Source: Candidatus Micrarchaeota archaeon (GTDB taxonomy: Archaea; Micrarchaeota; Micrarchaeia; Anstonellales; Bilamarchaeaceae). Taken from it: DNA of 64,000 nt. The stretch covers positions 32,001 to 96,000 of the forward strand of contig JBDRLQ010000016.1 of assembly GCA_043812915.1 (NCBI GenBank). Reading direction: 5' to 3'. A model generated the notes under the pieces. The model was not told where the DNA came from, did not search any database, and saw nothing but the letters and a program-made list of their open reading frames with translations. The number at the start of each line of letters is the position of its first letter. Positions within the stretch are counted from its first letter, which is position 1. The translations under genes were made by a program, and so were the position numbers. Below, piece after piece: positions 7,212 to 15,693 of the stretch.

Positions 7212-7937
7212 ATGGCAGGTGAATTTCTCTGGATAATGGGGGCTGCGGCGCTTGACGCGCTGCTGGGTTTTGTGGGCGTGTTCTCTCTTTGGCTCAGCAA
7301 GCAGGACCTTAGAAAAATTGTTGACATCCTAACGGCGCTAGCCGCCGGCAGCCTGCTAGGCGGCGCGTTCTTCCACCTGCTCCCGGAATCGCTTGAGGAA
7401 ATCAAAACAATAGATGTTTTTCTTCTAGCCCTCGCTGGATTCGTGCTTTTCATATTCCTGGAATCCTACCTTCACTGGCACCACTGCAAGGAGTGTGGAA
7501 TCCACCCTTTCTCCTATGTCATGATTGTGGGTGATGCGGTCCATAATTTCATAGGGGGAATCCTTCTTGCAGCCAGTTTCCTAGTTAGCATTCCGCTTGG
7601 CATTGCCACTTTTATTGCAATCATCGCCCACGAGCTGCCGCAGCAGCTTGGCATCTTCGGGGTGCTCGTCAAGGGCGGTCTCCATCGGGACAAGGCAATA
7701 TTCTACAGCTTCCTTGCACAGTCGACAATCATTCTCGGGGGGCTGGTAGGATATTTCCTTGCCGGCGCCATTGGTGGAATAGTCCCCATGCTCGTTCCGA
7801 TTGCCGCGGGCAACTTCATCTACATCGCTTCTTCGGACCTCATTCCCGAGATGCACAAGGCTGAAGGCTGGGACAAAATAAGGAACCTGATATTCTTCTT
7901 CGTGGGCCTTGCCCTGATGTGGTTTATCAGGGGCTAG
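7212..7937 (+). CDS. ZIP-family metal transporter
   Basis: AAGSLLGGAFFHLLPE, His loop HWHHC, GDAVHNF, IAHELPQ, YIA.SDLIPE. Confidence 0.93.
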   Translation: MAGEFLWIMGAAALDALLGFVGVFSLWLSKQDLRKIVDILTALAAGSLLGGAFFHLLPESLEEIKTIDVFLLALAGFVLFIFLESYLHWHHCKECGIHPFSYVMIVGDAVHNFIGGILLAASFLVSIPLGIATFIAIIAHELPQQLGIFGVLVKGGLHRDKAIFYSFLAQSTIILGGLVGYFLAGAIGGIVPMLVPIAAGNFIYIASSDLIPEMHKAEGWDKIRNLIFFFVGLALMWFIRG

Positions 7938-8884
7938 AAAACGAGGTTGAAGAGATATCCTATCAGGATTATCCCGAGCGCAATCATTCCGAAGAAAAGG
8001 GCCAAGAGCGGAAGTTTCATCGCCCTCCTTAGGATTATGGCTTCCGGAAGGCTAAGCGCCGCTGTCGCCATCATGAATGAGAGCGCGGTTCCAAGCGGCG
8101 CTCCTTTCTGGAACAGGACGACCGCGATTGGGACTACCGCGCTGCAGTTTGCGTATATCGGAATTCCAATAAGCACTGCCAGCGGAACCGATAATATGTC
8201 CCCTGCGCCGAAAGCGGAGCTGATGAGCTCTTCCGGAACGAAGCCGTGGATTGCAGCTCCAATCCCGACACCGACAAGCACCCAGAGCCAGAGCTTGAGG
8301 AGGATGGTTTTCGCCTCATTGAATCCGAAAGCCAGGCGCTTTCCAAAGGTCTGGAATTTCAGCTCTTTAAGTGTCCTGCCGGTAATGTCTTTTATGAGAT
8401 ATCTTTCCATGCCCGCCTTCCCAAGCAGTATCCCTCCGATGGTGCCGAGCAGGATTCCGATGACTATATAGCTTGCGGCAATCTCCCAGCCGAAGAATCC
8501 GAGCATAAGGACGGCGACATACTCATTGACCAGTGGGGATGTCACAAGGAATGAGAGCGAGGTCCCGAGTGGGACGCCCGCTTCAAGGAAGCCTATGAAT
8601 ATCGGTATTGATGAGCATGAGCAGAATGGGGTGGCAGCTCCGAATAATGATGCCATAAGATTCGGCACCCCGAACGTCTTATGGGTGAGTAGTTTCTTGA
8701 TTTTGGCCGGGGGCACATATGTCCTGATTACTCCCATTATGAATATCATGGCAAAGAGCAGAACCAGTATCTTTATGCTGTCATATATAAAGAAATGCAG
8801 CGCTTCTGCTGCAGCGCTTCCGGATTCAAGGCCCAGCAGCCTCTGGACAATCCAGCCTGCAAACAATTCAAGTGGATCGCTCAT
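7934..8884 (-). CDS. DUF318/ArsP-family permease
   Basis: TPFCSCSSIP, SFLVTSP..NE, P.YANC, ALSLPE motifs. Start 8884 is coupled (ATGA) to an upstream peptide ORF. Confidence 0.9.
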   Translation of the reverse strand: MSDPLELFAGWIVQRLLGLESGSAAAEALHFFIYDSIKILVLLFAMIFIMGVIRTYVPPAKIKKLLTHKTFGVPNLMASLFGAATPFCSCSSIPIFIGFLEAGVPLGTSLSFLVTSPLVNEYVAVLMLGFFGWEIAASYIVIGILLGTIGGILLGKAGMERYLIKDITGRTLKELKFQTFGKRLAFGFNEAKTILLKLWLWVLVGVGIGAAIHGFVPEELISSAFGAGDILSVPLAVLIGIPIYANCSAVVPIAVVLFQKGAPLGTALSFMMATAALSLPEAIILRRAMKLPLLALFFGMIALGIILIGYLFNLVF

Positions 8885-8991
8885 TTGCTCTTCTCCTTGC
8901 AGCAACAGCATTTCTTGGATTCCTTCTCAAGCTTGCCATCCAGCTTCCTGAGGAGCTTTCCTAGGAAGCCCTCTTTTTTTTCTTCTGCCAT
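8881..8991 (-). CDS. 36-aa Lys/Cys-rich peptide (not in ORF track)
   Basis: MAEEKKEGFLGKLLRKLDGKLEKESKKCCCCKEKSK; its stop overlaps the permease start (ATGA). Confidence 0.7.
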   Translation of the reverse strand: MAEEKKEGFLGKLLRKLDGKLEKESKKCCCCKEKSK

Positions 8992-9035
8992 GTGATTGCT
9001 GGGCATTGTGGGCTAAAAAAGATATCTATTTAAAC

Positions 9036-9057
9036 ATTATGAATATATATTCATAAT
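9036..9057. promoter_or_regulatory. Perfect 22-bp palindromic operator upstream of the DUF134 gene
   Basis: ATTATGAATATATATTCATAAT, between TATA box TTTAAA (9029-9034) and the ATG at 9058. Confidence 0.75.
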
Positions 9058-9360
9058 ATGGTCAGGCCCAAAAAGTGCAGGATGGTTGATGCCGAGCCGG
9101 ATGCGGACTATTTCAAGCCGCGCGGGGTTATGCTCCATGAACTTGAGGAAGTGGAGCTTAGTGTTGAAGAGCTCGAGGCTATCCGGCTCAAGGACTACAA
9201 GAGGCTTGACCAGATGAAGGTCGCAAAAAAGATGGGAATCTCACAGCCTTCCCTCCATCGATTGCTCTCTTCCGCTAGACATAAAGTCGCAGAGGCCCTG
9301 GTTGATGGAAAGGCAATCAAGATTCATGGAGGCAGCTATTCGGTAAGAAGAACAAGGTGA
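9058..9360 (+). CDS. DUF134 domain DNA-binding protein
   Basis: M.RP.K.R, YFKP.G, EELEAIRL.D, A..MGIS....R.L.SAR.KVA.ALV.GKAI.I.GG. Confidence 0.93.
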   Translation: MVRPKKCRMVDAEPDADYFKPRGVMLHELEEVELSVEELEAIRLKDYKRLDQMKVAKKMGISQPSLHRLLSSARHKVAEALVDGKAIKIHGGSYSVRRTR

Positions 9361-9365
9361 ACTGT

Positions 9366-9596
9366 ATGCCAAGAGGAGATGGAACCGGCCCCTGGTGGGC
9401 CCAAGGAAGATGGAATTGCAGGAAAGGAATGGGAAAAGGCATGGGAGCCGGAAGAGGGATGGGGAAGGGATTTGCCCAGATGGAAGGTGAATACGAACTC
9501 AATGGCCTTAAGTGCTATGCCAAGAACCTGAAATCCGAACTTGATCAGGCGCTTAAGAGAATCGCTTCAATGGAAAAGAACATTACGAAAAAGTAA
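9366..9596 (+). CDS. DUF5320-like protein
   Basis: MPRGDGTGP start, Gly/Arg/Met-rich middle and C-terminal coiled coil; follows DUF134. Confidence 0.75.
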   Translation: MPRGDGTGPWWAQGRWNCRKGMGKGMGAGRGMGKGFAQMEGEYELNGLKCYAKNLKSELDQALKRIASMEKNITKK

Positions 9597-9625
9597 CTGC
9601 AAGGTTTAAATATTTCTTTTATGGA

Positions 9626-10750
9626 ATGATTATCCTGCCTTCCATAGATGATATTATGAAATTCGGAATTTCTGCCGTTGTCATACTGATGCTGCTCTCA
9701 ACCTCATTTGCGGCGCTGGACCTGACCGTCTATTACGGGATTGGGTGCTCGCACTGCGCAAAGGTGGACACACTCCTGGAAGGGCTCCAGGAAGAATACC
9801 AGCTTAATATAGAGAAGAAGGAAATCTACTATGATGCGGGAAACCGGCAGGACATGTTCGATGTCTATGCGGACTTCGGCATGGATCCTGGAAAGAGCGG
9901 GGTCCCGTCACTTGTGTTGGATGGCAGGTCCCTTCTCATCGGCGAAATGAGCCAGGGCAGGTTCAGGGAAATATTCGATGAGCATCTGGAAAATTCGAGC
10001 GTCGCAGGAGTTTACACTGCGGATTCGTTCAGCCCGGTGGAGGAAAGAGATCCGACAGCGAACCTTACCCTCTGGATTCTCATTACTGCGGCTGCGGTGG
10101 ATTCGGTAAATCCGTGCACCATCGCGGTGATGACAATGCTCCTTGGGGTAATTATGGCATCAGGAGGCAAGCGAAAAGTGCTTCCCGCGGCAATCACATT
10201 CATAGGAATAATCTTCATCTCATACTTCTTGATGGGCCTTGGCATCCTGCAGGCGGTCGCGGATACTGGACTTGTGAATCTTTTCCTTGGATTCGTGACT
10301 GTTATGGCCCTAGTGCTGGCAATCCTTGAAATCAAGGCATATCTCCAGTACACTCCAGGCATGCTTTCGGTTGAAATCCCTATGTTTGTCCGGCCGTTCA
10401 TGAAGAAGGCGATTGCGAATGCGACATCGCTTCCGGCAGTGGCGCTCGCGGCGCTAATCTGCTCGTTGGTGCTTCTTCCCTGCTCATCCGGTCCATACCT
10501 AATGGTCCTTAGCATGCTGGCAAAGTCCGTCACGCTCCAGGGCCTCTTCTACCTTATAATCTACAATTTAGTATTCATCTTCCCGATGCTGGCAATCGCC
10601 GCGATGGTTTACTTCGGAAAGATATCGGTTGACGAGATTGGCCAGTTCAGGGAGCAGAATATCCAGAAGCTCCATCTGATTGCGGGCCTAATCTTCATCC
10701 TGCTCTTTCTTATGCTGCTCAACCAGATGCTGGGCATCGTGGCGCTATAA
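9626..10750 (+). CDS. Thioredoxin/glutaredoxin-like domain fused to a CcdA/DsbD-like membrane domain
   Basis: Signal peptide, GCSHC, GVP cis-Pro loop, then DSVNPC and LLPCSSGPY membrane cysteines, IYNLVFIFP. Confidence 0.85.
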   Translation: MIILPSIDDIMKFGISAVVILMLLSTSFAALDLTVYYGIGCSHCAKVDTLLEGLQEEYQLNIEKKEIYYDAGNRQDMFDVYADFGMDPGKSGVPSLVLDGRSLLIGEMSQGRFREIFDEHLENSSVAGVYTADSFSPVEERDPTANLTLWILITAAAVDSVNPCTIAVMTMLLGVIMASGGKRKVLPAAITFIGIIFISYFLMGLGILQAVADTGLVNLFLGFVTVMALVLAILEIKAYLQYTPGMLSVEIPMFVRPFMKKAIANATSLPAVALAALICSLVLLPCSSGPYLMVLSMLAKSVTLQGLFYLIIYNLVFIFPMLAIAAMVYFGKISVDEIGQFREQNIQKLHLIAGLIFILLFLMLLNQMLGIVAL

Positions 10751-10763
10751 ATTGGGGAAAATT

Positions 10764-10784
10764 AGGGGGGCCCAAAGGCCCCCG
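10764..10784. terminator. GC hairpin between convergent genes
   Basis: GGGGGCC-CAAA-GGCCCCC. Confidence 0.45.
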
Positions 10785-10828
10785 TATTGATGGCGACTAA
10801 GAAAAAGACCAAAAGAGTGGGGTTAGTA

Positions 10829-11080
10829 TTATACATTCTCAAGCCCGGCAAGCGGGCTTTCAGTGCTCAGCTGCTCAATCTTCTTCTGCTGCTCTATCAC
10901 CATCCCAAGCAGCATCGATTCGAAGAGCGTGAGGTCTCCGGCTAGGGCGCATGCCCCTACATGTTCCCTTGCACAGGTGACTAACCTGTCAAACACCTGG
11001 CGGTTTCCATCTGTCAGCCCGTCCCTGTACCGTAAAAGGGAACCAGCCTTTTCCTCCGCAACAGCAACCATGTTTTTCAT
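10829..11080 (-). CDS. Small alpha-helical hypothetical protein (resembles proteins seen next to polB2 in other archaea)
   Basis: YR..L...R..FDRL...AREH..A......FES.LLG..IEQQK pattern and GAGGTG RBS. The family link is from memory. Confidence 0.55.
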   Translation of the reverse strand: MKNMVAVAEEKAGSLLRYRDGLTDGNRQVFDRLVTCAREHVGACALAGDLTLFESMLLGMVIEQQKKIEQLSTESPLAGLENV

Positions 11081-11247
11081 ACACAACACCTCGTGATTAT
11101 AATGAAGCCCAAGAAGGGCCCCCATTCCAAACGTCCGGGGGTTGTCCCCCGATTATCAGGAAACTTAATGCTGCGAAGGTAGTTTATAAAGAAAAACCAG
11201 GACACCTCATTTCCGCGGCAATATGCAGAGGCGTTAGAGGTGCCTGC

Positions 11248-12621
11248 CTACTGCTTTTTCGAGCCATTGCCATTCTTTTTTTTACCATTCTGCTGCTTTT
11301 CCTGCTTCTGGACTGGCTTGCCACCATTCTTCTTCTCCTCAATTATCTCCCTGCCCTCATTCGCAACCTCCTCTCCGAAGAAGAGCTCAGCTGCAACCCC
11401 GAGCTTGGGAACCATCCCCGCGCGAATCCTTGGCCAGAGCGGCCTGTCACCGCCAAAGAAGAATATCCCGCCGGTTGCGACAACGTTGGAAAGCACAATC
11501 ACCCCGAACACGATGGGTTGGAAATAAGGGATCTCAATCCCATATAACGGGGGAAGGGTTGCAAGCACTGCCGCGGCAAGACCGCGGGGCACCATGTAAG
11601 TCACGATGTTCCGGTCCTTCTCCGGGCCGTTCTTGAAAGCGAGCTTTTCCCCAACCACCCTGGAAATCAGAATCAGGATTGTTAGCGCGATTGCGACAGC
11701 AACTACATAAAAGGTGAAATAGCTAGGGGAGAGAAGGAGGCCGATATAAACAAAGAAGAATGTCCGGACGAAGAATGTCACCTCCTCCTGGAAAATCCTC
11801 ACGATTGGGGAAACCAGGCTGTCGGTGCTCCATTTGAATCTCCTTGCAATCACACGCGCGTTGCCAAGCACAAGCCCGAACGCGAAGACCGCGAATCCCC
11901 CATTGGCTTTCATCCCCTCGGTCAGCGCATAAACTACAAAGACCATCCCAAGCGTGAGCATATATGCATACTGCTCTATCCCCAGCTTGTTGCTGAGCAC
12001 AATCCATATCACAGCGGATATTATGCCCACGAAAGTAGCAATCAGGAAAGAACCTAGGAGCAGGTTGCCTATGTCACCTGCGCCGATGCTTGAGGTGATA
12101 ATAATCTCAATCACAACCATCGCGCCGATAATGCACAGAGCATCTGTAATGGATGCCTCCACAGTCAGCATCGCCTTGGTCTCATCGGATACGCCCGCCT
12201 TGTCAATCATCGCGATGACAATGGCGGAACTGATTCCACCAAGGACCGTTCCAAGCAGCAATCCGTGCAGCAGCGGCCATCCCAAGGCAAAGACAGCAAA
12301 TCCTGCCAGCAGCAATGTGCTGGCCATGAACGTTACGAATGTGAATACCGTGCTCCTTGGAAGCGCTTTCACCACGCTGAAGATGTCCAGCATCATCCCG
12401 CCGTCAAAAAGCAGGATAATCAGGGCAAGCGTGGCGATGAACTGGGATATTGAGATGATGATTGAATCCTCAGATGCGTCGATGAAGCCAGTCATCGGGC
12501 CAAGGACGAACCCGAAAAGCATCAGGATGAGCACCTGCGATATGCGCGTGCGCTCGAAAAGAATGGTTGCCGCGAACCCCATGAACAGGGTAAGCCCTAT
12601 GACAAGGAAGAACTCAATCAT
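11248..12621 (-). CDS. CPA1 cation:proton antiporter (NhaP-like)
   Basis: About 12 TM helices; IILLFDGG, VEASITD, FFVRTFFFVYIG, MVPRGLAAAVLA. Confidence 0.9.
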   Translation of the reverse strand: MIEFFLVIGLTLFMGFAATILFERTRISQVLILMLFGFVLGPMTGFIDASEDSIIISISQFIATLALIILLFDGGMMLDIFSVVKALPRSTVFTFVTFMASTLLLAGFAVFALGWPLLHGLLLGTVLGGISSAIVIAMIDKAGVSDETKAMLTVEASITDALCIIGAMVVIEIIITSSIGAGDIGNLLLGSFLIATFVGIISAVIWIVLSNKLGIEQYAYMLTLGMVFVVYALTEGMKANGGFAVFAFGLVLGNARVIARRFKWSTDSLVSPIVRIFQEEVTFFVRTFFFVYIGLLLSPSYFTFYVVAVAIALTILILISRVVGEKLAFKNGPEKDRNIVTYMVPRGLAAAVLATLPPLYGIEIPYFQPIVFGVIVLSNVVATGGIFFFGGDRPLWPRIRAGMVPKLGVAAELFFGEEVANEGREIIEEKKNGGKPVQKQEKQQNGKKKNGNGSKKQ

Positions 12622-12693
12622 GGTATGTTGAGGGAAGAGAGGATTTTAAACCTAACCTTGTTGATATCTATACTGAAATATAGGTGTATCCTC

Positions 12694-13386
12694 ATGAAAA
12701 GAAGCAGGAAAAAAACACCCAAGGTGAGCAAGAAAATCACCAAACGGAAGCGCTCCTCAAGGAAGGGAGAGCTTGAATTGGGGGAAGTGTTCGTGGTCCT
12801 TCTTATGCTTGTCGGAGTTCTGGCAGGCTCAATGTATCTGGGAAACCAGCAGCTCCACTCAATCCAGGAGGATGACCGGACAATCGGCGACCTTCTTGAG
12901 GGCGGACTTATTGAAATCGGGGACTCGTTCCTTGATGAGGTCGTATCAGGAAATTATGATGTCACTGCCTACCGATGGATGATTGGCAAGAAGGATGATG
13001 TCCCCGATGAGGTTCCGCTCGGAAGCGAGGGCAGGATGACTGCCGATATCCTTTTCAATGGAGGGTATATTGATAGCGTCCGCGGACTTGCGTTCAAGAT
13101 ATACGCGCCGACAGACGATTCTCCAGACCCGAAGACAAGAATCAGGTTCTACGGGGTGTTCTTGAACTACACCACGCCTATGGATCAGTGGCTTGAGGAT
13201 GACACTGAATTCACCGTGGACTACTTCCCGTACCCGATGGACCGGAGGTTCATGGAGGGTTGCCACGTGCAGTCTTCGGGGATGTACAGGACCGCTGATG
13301 ACACTGTTTTCAAGACATACTTTTTCGAATGCAGCGTGGTATGGCAGGGAAGCCGGCCTTCCACAATCAATGCCTTTGAGGATTAG
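12694..13386 (+). CDS. Membrane-anchored hypothetical protein, paralogous to the C-terminal domain of the next gene
   Basis: Basic N-terminus and one TM helix. TIGDLLEGGL...YRW...DILFN aligns with TIRQLLDDSL...YKW...DILFS of 13395-14336. Confidence 0.75.
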   Translation: MKRSRKKTPKVSKKITKRKRSSRKGELELGEVFVVLLMLVGVLAGSMYLGNQQLHSIQEDDRTIGDLLEGGLIEIGDSFLDEVVSGNYDVTAYRWMIGKKDDVPDEVPLGSEGRMTADILFNGGYIDSVRGLAFKIYAPTDDSPDPKTRIRFYGVFLNYTTPMDQWLEDDTEFTVDYFPYPMDRRFMEGCHVQSSGMYRTADDTVFKTYFFECSVVWQGSRPSTINAFED

Positions 13387-13394
13387 GTGTAACT

Positions 13395-14336
13395 ATGAAG
13401 AAATTGCTTATTGCGGTGGGGCTAATGACCCTGCTGCTTTTTGGATGCGTGCAGGAGCAGCCTCCTGTGGATGGGCCCGGACCAACGATGACCTGTGACG
13501 AGCACTGCAAGCAGCAGCCTCACGCACAGTGCGTCGGGACCTGGGACAACTCAGGGGATTACCCTGTCTGTATCTGCAATTATATATGCGAACAGGAAGA
13601 GCCTGAGCCGCCGGCCCAGCTACCAAATCCTGCCGCTGTGAACTGCGATGACAAGGGCTACTCCTATGAAATCCGCGATGAGACTGGATACTGCAGCCAT
13701 GGAACCAAGGAATGCGAGGAATGGGCGCTATACAGGATGGAATGCTGCCTTGCAGACGCTGACTGCTCTGGAATGGAATGTGGCGGCCGTGTAGGGGCAT
13801 CATGCGTGAAGAACTCGTGCGCATGCCCCGATACTGTGGACCTGATTCCTCCGGTAGCTACTGGCAAGACAATCAGGCAGCTTCTCGATGACTCTCTGGC
13901 CGATATAAACGACGAGTTCTATGCTGAGATAGAATCCGGCACGTTCAATACAACCAGCTACAAGTGGCTGCACACTGCGGAGGATGAGCCCGGCTCCATA
14001 ACGATTGGTGATGCTGGTGTCCAGGGAGACATCCTCTTTAGCAACCAGGAGATGGAGGGTGTTGTGGCATTTGGCATGAAGTCCTTTGTCCAGACCGACG
14101 GGGTGCACAAGGAAGCGCGGGGCATCGCCATATTCGACGGCGGGGCGCCTCTGCTCTCGGCGGCATACAGCGACGGTGGCTCATTCAGCATCTCTTATCG
14201 GGCACCGACGCCGGACCTTCGTTTCAGCGACTGCACCGTGACCGAGCTGGAAAGATTCACCCAGCTTGAGCATGACAACCGCGTCCTTGACCTGTTCCAC
14301 TTCACATGCGATGATGTGGAAGTGGTTGAGGATTAG
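13395..14336 (+). CDS. Cys-rich lipoprotein with a DUF333-like module
   Basis: Lipobox LLFGC, C.G.W..SG.YP.C.C motif, NPAAVNC..KG......GYC......CEEWALYR.EC. Confidence 0.8.
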   Translation: MKKLLIAVGLMTLLLFGCVQEQPPVDGPGPTMTCDEHCKQQPHAQCVGTWDNSGDYPVCICNYICEQEEPEPPAQLPNPAAVNCDDKGYSYEIRDETGYCSHGTKECEEWALYRMECCLADADCSGMECGGRVGASCVKNSCACPDTVDLIPPVATGKTIRQLLDDSLADINDEFYAEIESGTFNTTSYKWLHTAEDEPGSITIGDAGVQGDILFSNQEMEGVVAFGMKSFVQTDGVHKEARGIAIFDGGAPLLSAAYSDGGSFSISYRAPTPDLRFSDCTVTELERFTQLEHDNRVLDLFHFTCDDVEVVED

Positions 14337-14368
14337 CTTTTTTTCTTTTTCCTTCCTTTTTCTTATTT

Positions 14369-14944
14369 GTGATTTGGATGGTACTGACACCTTCTTCAGC
14401 AGATGCTTTGGGAAACGGGGATAAGGCGCCTGATTTCATCCTTCCGGGTGTTGATGGCAAGGATTATTCAATTTCAGCCTTTTCTGGAAAGAAAGCGGTG
14501 CTTGTTGTTTTCATGTGCAACCACTGCCCTTATGTGATTCCAAAGCTGGGTTACCTAGTCCACCTTCAGGAGAAGTACGGCCCGCAGGGCCTGCAGCTTA
14601 TTGGGATAAACTCCAATGACCCGACCGACTATCCGGATGACAGCTTCGAGAACATGAAGGTGATTGCGGAGCAGCATAAGTTCAATTTCCCCTATCTCTT
14701 TGATGAAAGCCAGGAAGTTGCAAAGTCCTATGGGGCCACCTGTACTCCGGACCCGTTCCTTTTCGACAGGGATTTGAAATTGGCATTCCACGGCAGGTTC
14801 GACGACGCGCACGGCAAGTTCCATGAGGATGGCAGGACTTCGGAGATGGAGGATGCGATACGGCAGGCGCTCGCGGGGAGAGAGGTTGAAGTCCCGCAGG
14901 AGCCGTCGCTCGGATGCTCAATCAAATGGAAAATCCGGGAATAG
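14369..14944 (+). CDS. Thioredoxin-family (AhpC/TSA-like) protein
   Basis: APDF.LP, FMCNHCPYV, INSND...YPDDS, GATCTPD, GCSIKW. Confidence 0.92.
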   Translation: MIWMVLTPSSADALGNGDKAPDFILPGVDGKDYSISAFSGKKAVLVVFMCNHCPYVIPKLGYLVHLQEKYGPQGLQLIGINSNDPTDYPDDSFENMKVIAEQHKFNFPYLFDESQEVAKSYGATCTPDPFLFDRDLKLAFHGRFDDAHGKFHEDGRTSEMEDAIRQALAGREVEVPQEPSLGCSIKWKIRE

Positions 14945-15001
14945 CCGGCCAAGCGAAAGCCAATTAAAGAGGGTTGGGCAATATCCATCCCCGGTGAACA
15001 A

Positions 15002-15688
15002 ATGGCAAAATTCAACCAGGAAGAATTCAACTCCTTTATTCTGGAAAACGGCGTTATAGGGTTTTTCAAAGAGCCAATCAAGCTGAAGTCCGGCAGGATG
15101 TCCAACTGGTATGTGAACTGGAGGACACCGACCGGAGATGTATTCCTTCTGGATAAGCTCACGGACTTCGTCCTCGCTTTCGCGGAGGACAACAATCTTG
15201 CGCCTGACTGTTTTTATGGAGTCCCTGAAGGGGCGACCAAGCTGGGCCTCATAACCCAGTACAAGTACGCCAGGAATTCCCCCAACTACTCGAAAGGAAG
15301 CCACGTCCTCCCGATGGGGAGGGCAAAGCCCAAGGAGCACGGGGCCCCAAAAGACAGGTTCTTTGTCGGGCAGCCGGAGGGCAGGGTGATTGTCCTTGAG
15401 GATGTCACAACCACCGGCGGCTCCCTGCTATGCACAATAAGCCAGCTCAGGGAGGCCGGGATTGAAGTGGCTGTGGCAATAAGCCTGACAAACAGGATGG
15501 AGATGCGCGATGACAACAAGAGCGTGAAACAGGCCCTCGGGGAGAAAGGTGTGAGATACCTTGCGATGAGCAGCGCACTGGACCTTCTTCCTGCTTCGTA
15601 CGCGAAACTCAATCCTGGGGAGGAAGTGGCCTCTGGAATAGAGGCGGAATTCGGGAAATACGGGGTAGAGGCGCTGAAATTGAGGTAA
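15002..15688 (+). CDS. pyrE: Orotate phosphoribosyltransferase
   Basis: LKSGR.S..Y, R.K.KEHG, PRPP motif VLEDVTTTGGS; adjacent to pyrF. Confidence 0.85.
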   Translation: MAKFNQEEFNSFILENGVIGFFKEPIKLKSGRMSNWYVNWRTPTGDVFLLDKLTDFVLAFAEDNNLAPDCFYGVPEGATKLGLITQYKYARNSPNYSKGSHVLPMGRAKPKEHGAPKDRFFVGQPEGRVIVLEDVTTTGGSLLCTISQLREAGIEVAVAISLTNRMEMRDDNKSVKQALGEKGVRYLAMSSALDLLPASYAKLNPGEEVASGIEAEFGKYGVEALKLR

Positions 15689-15693
15689 TATCC

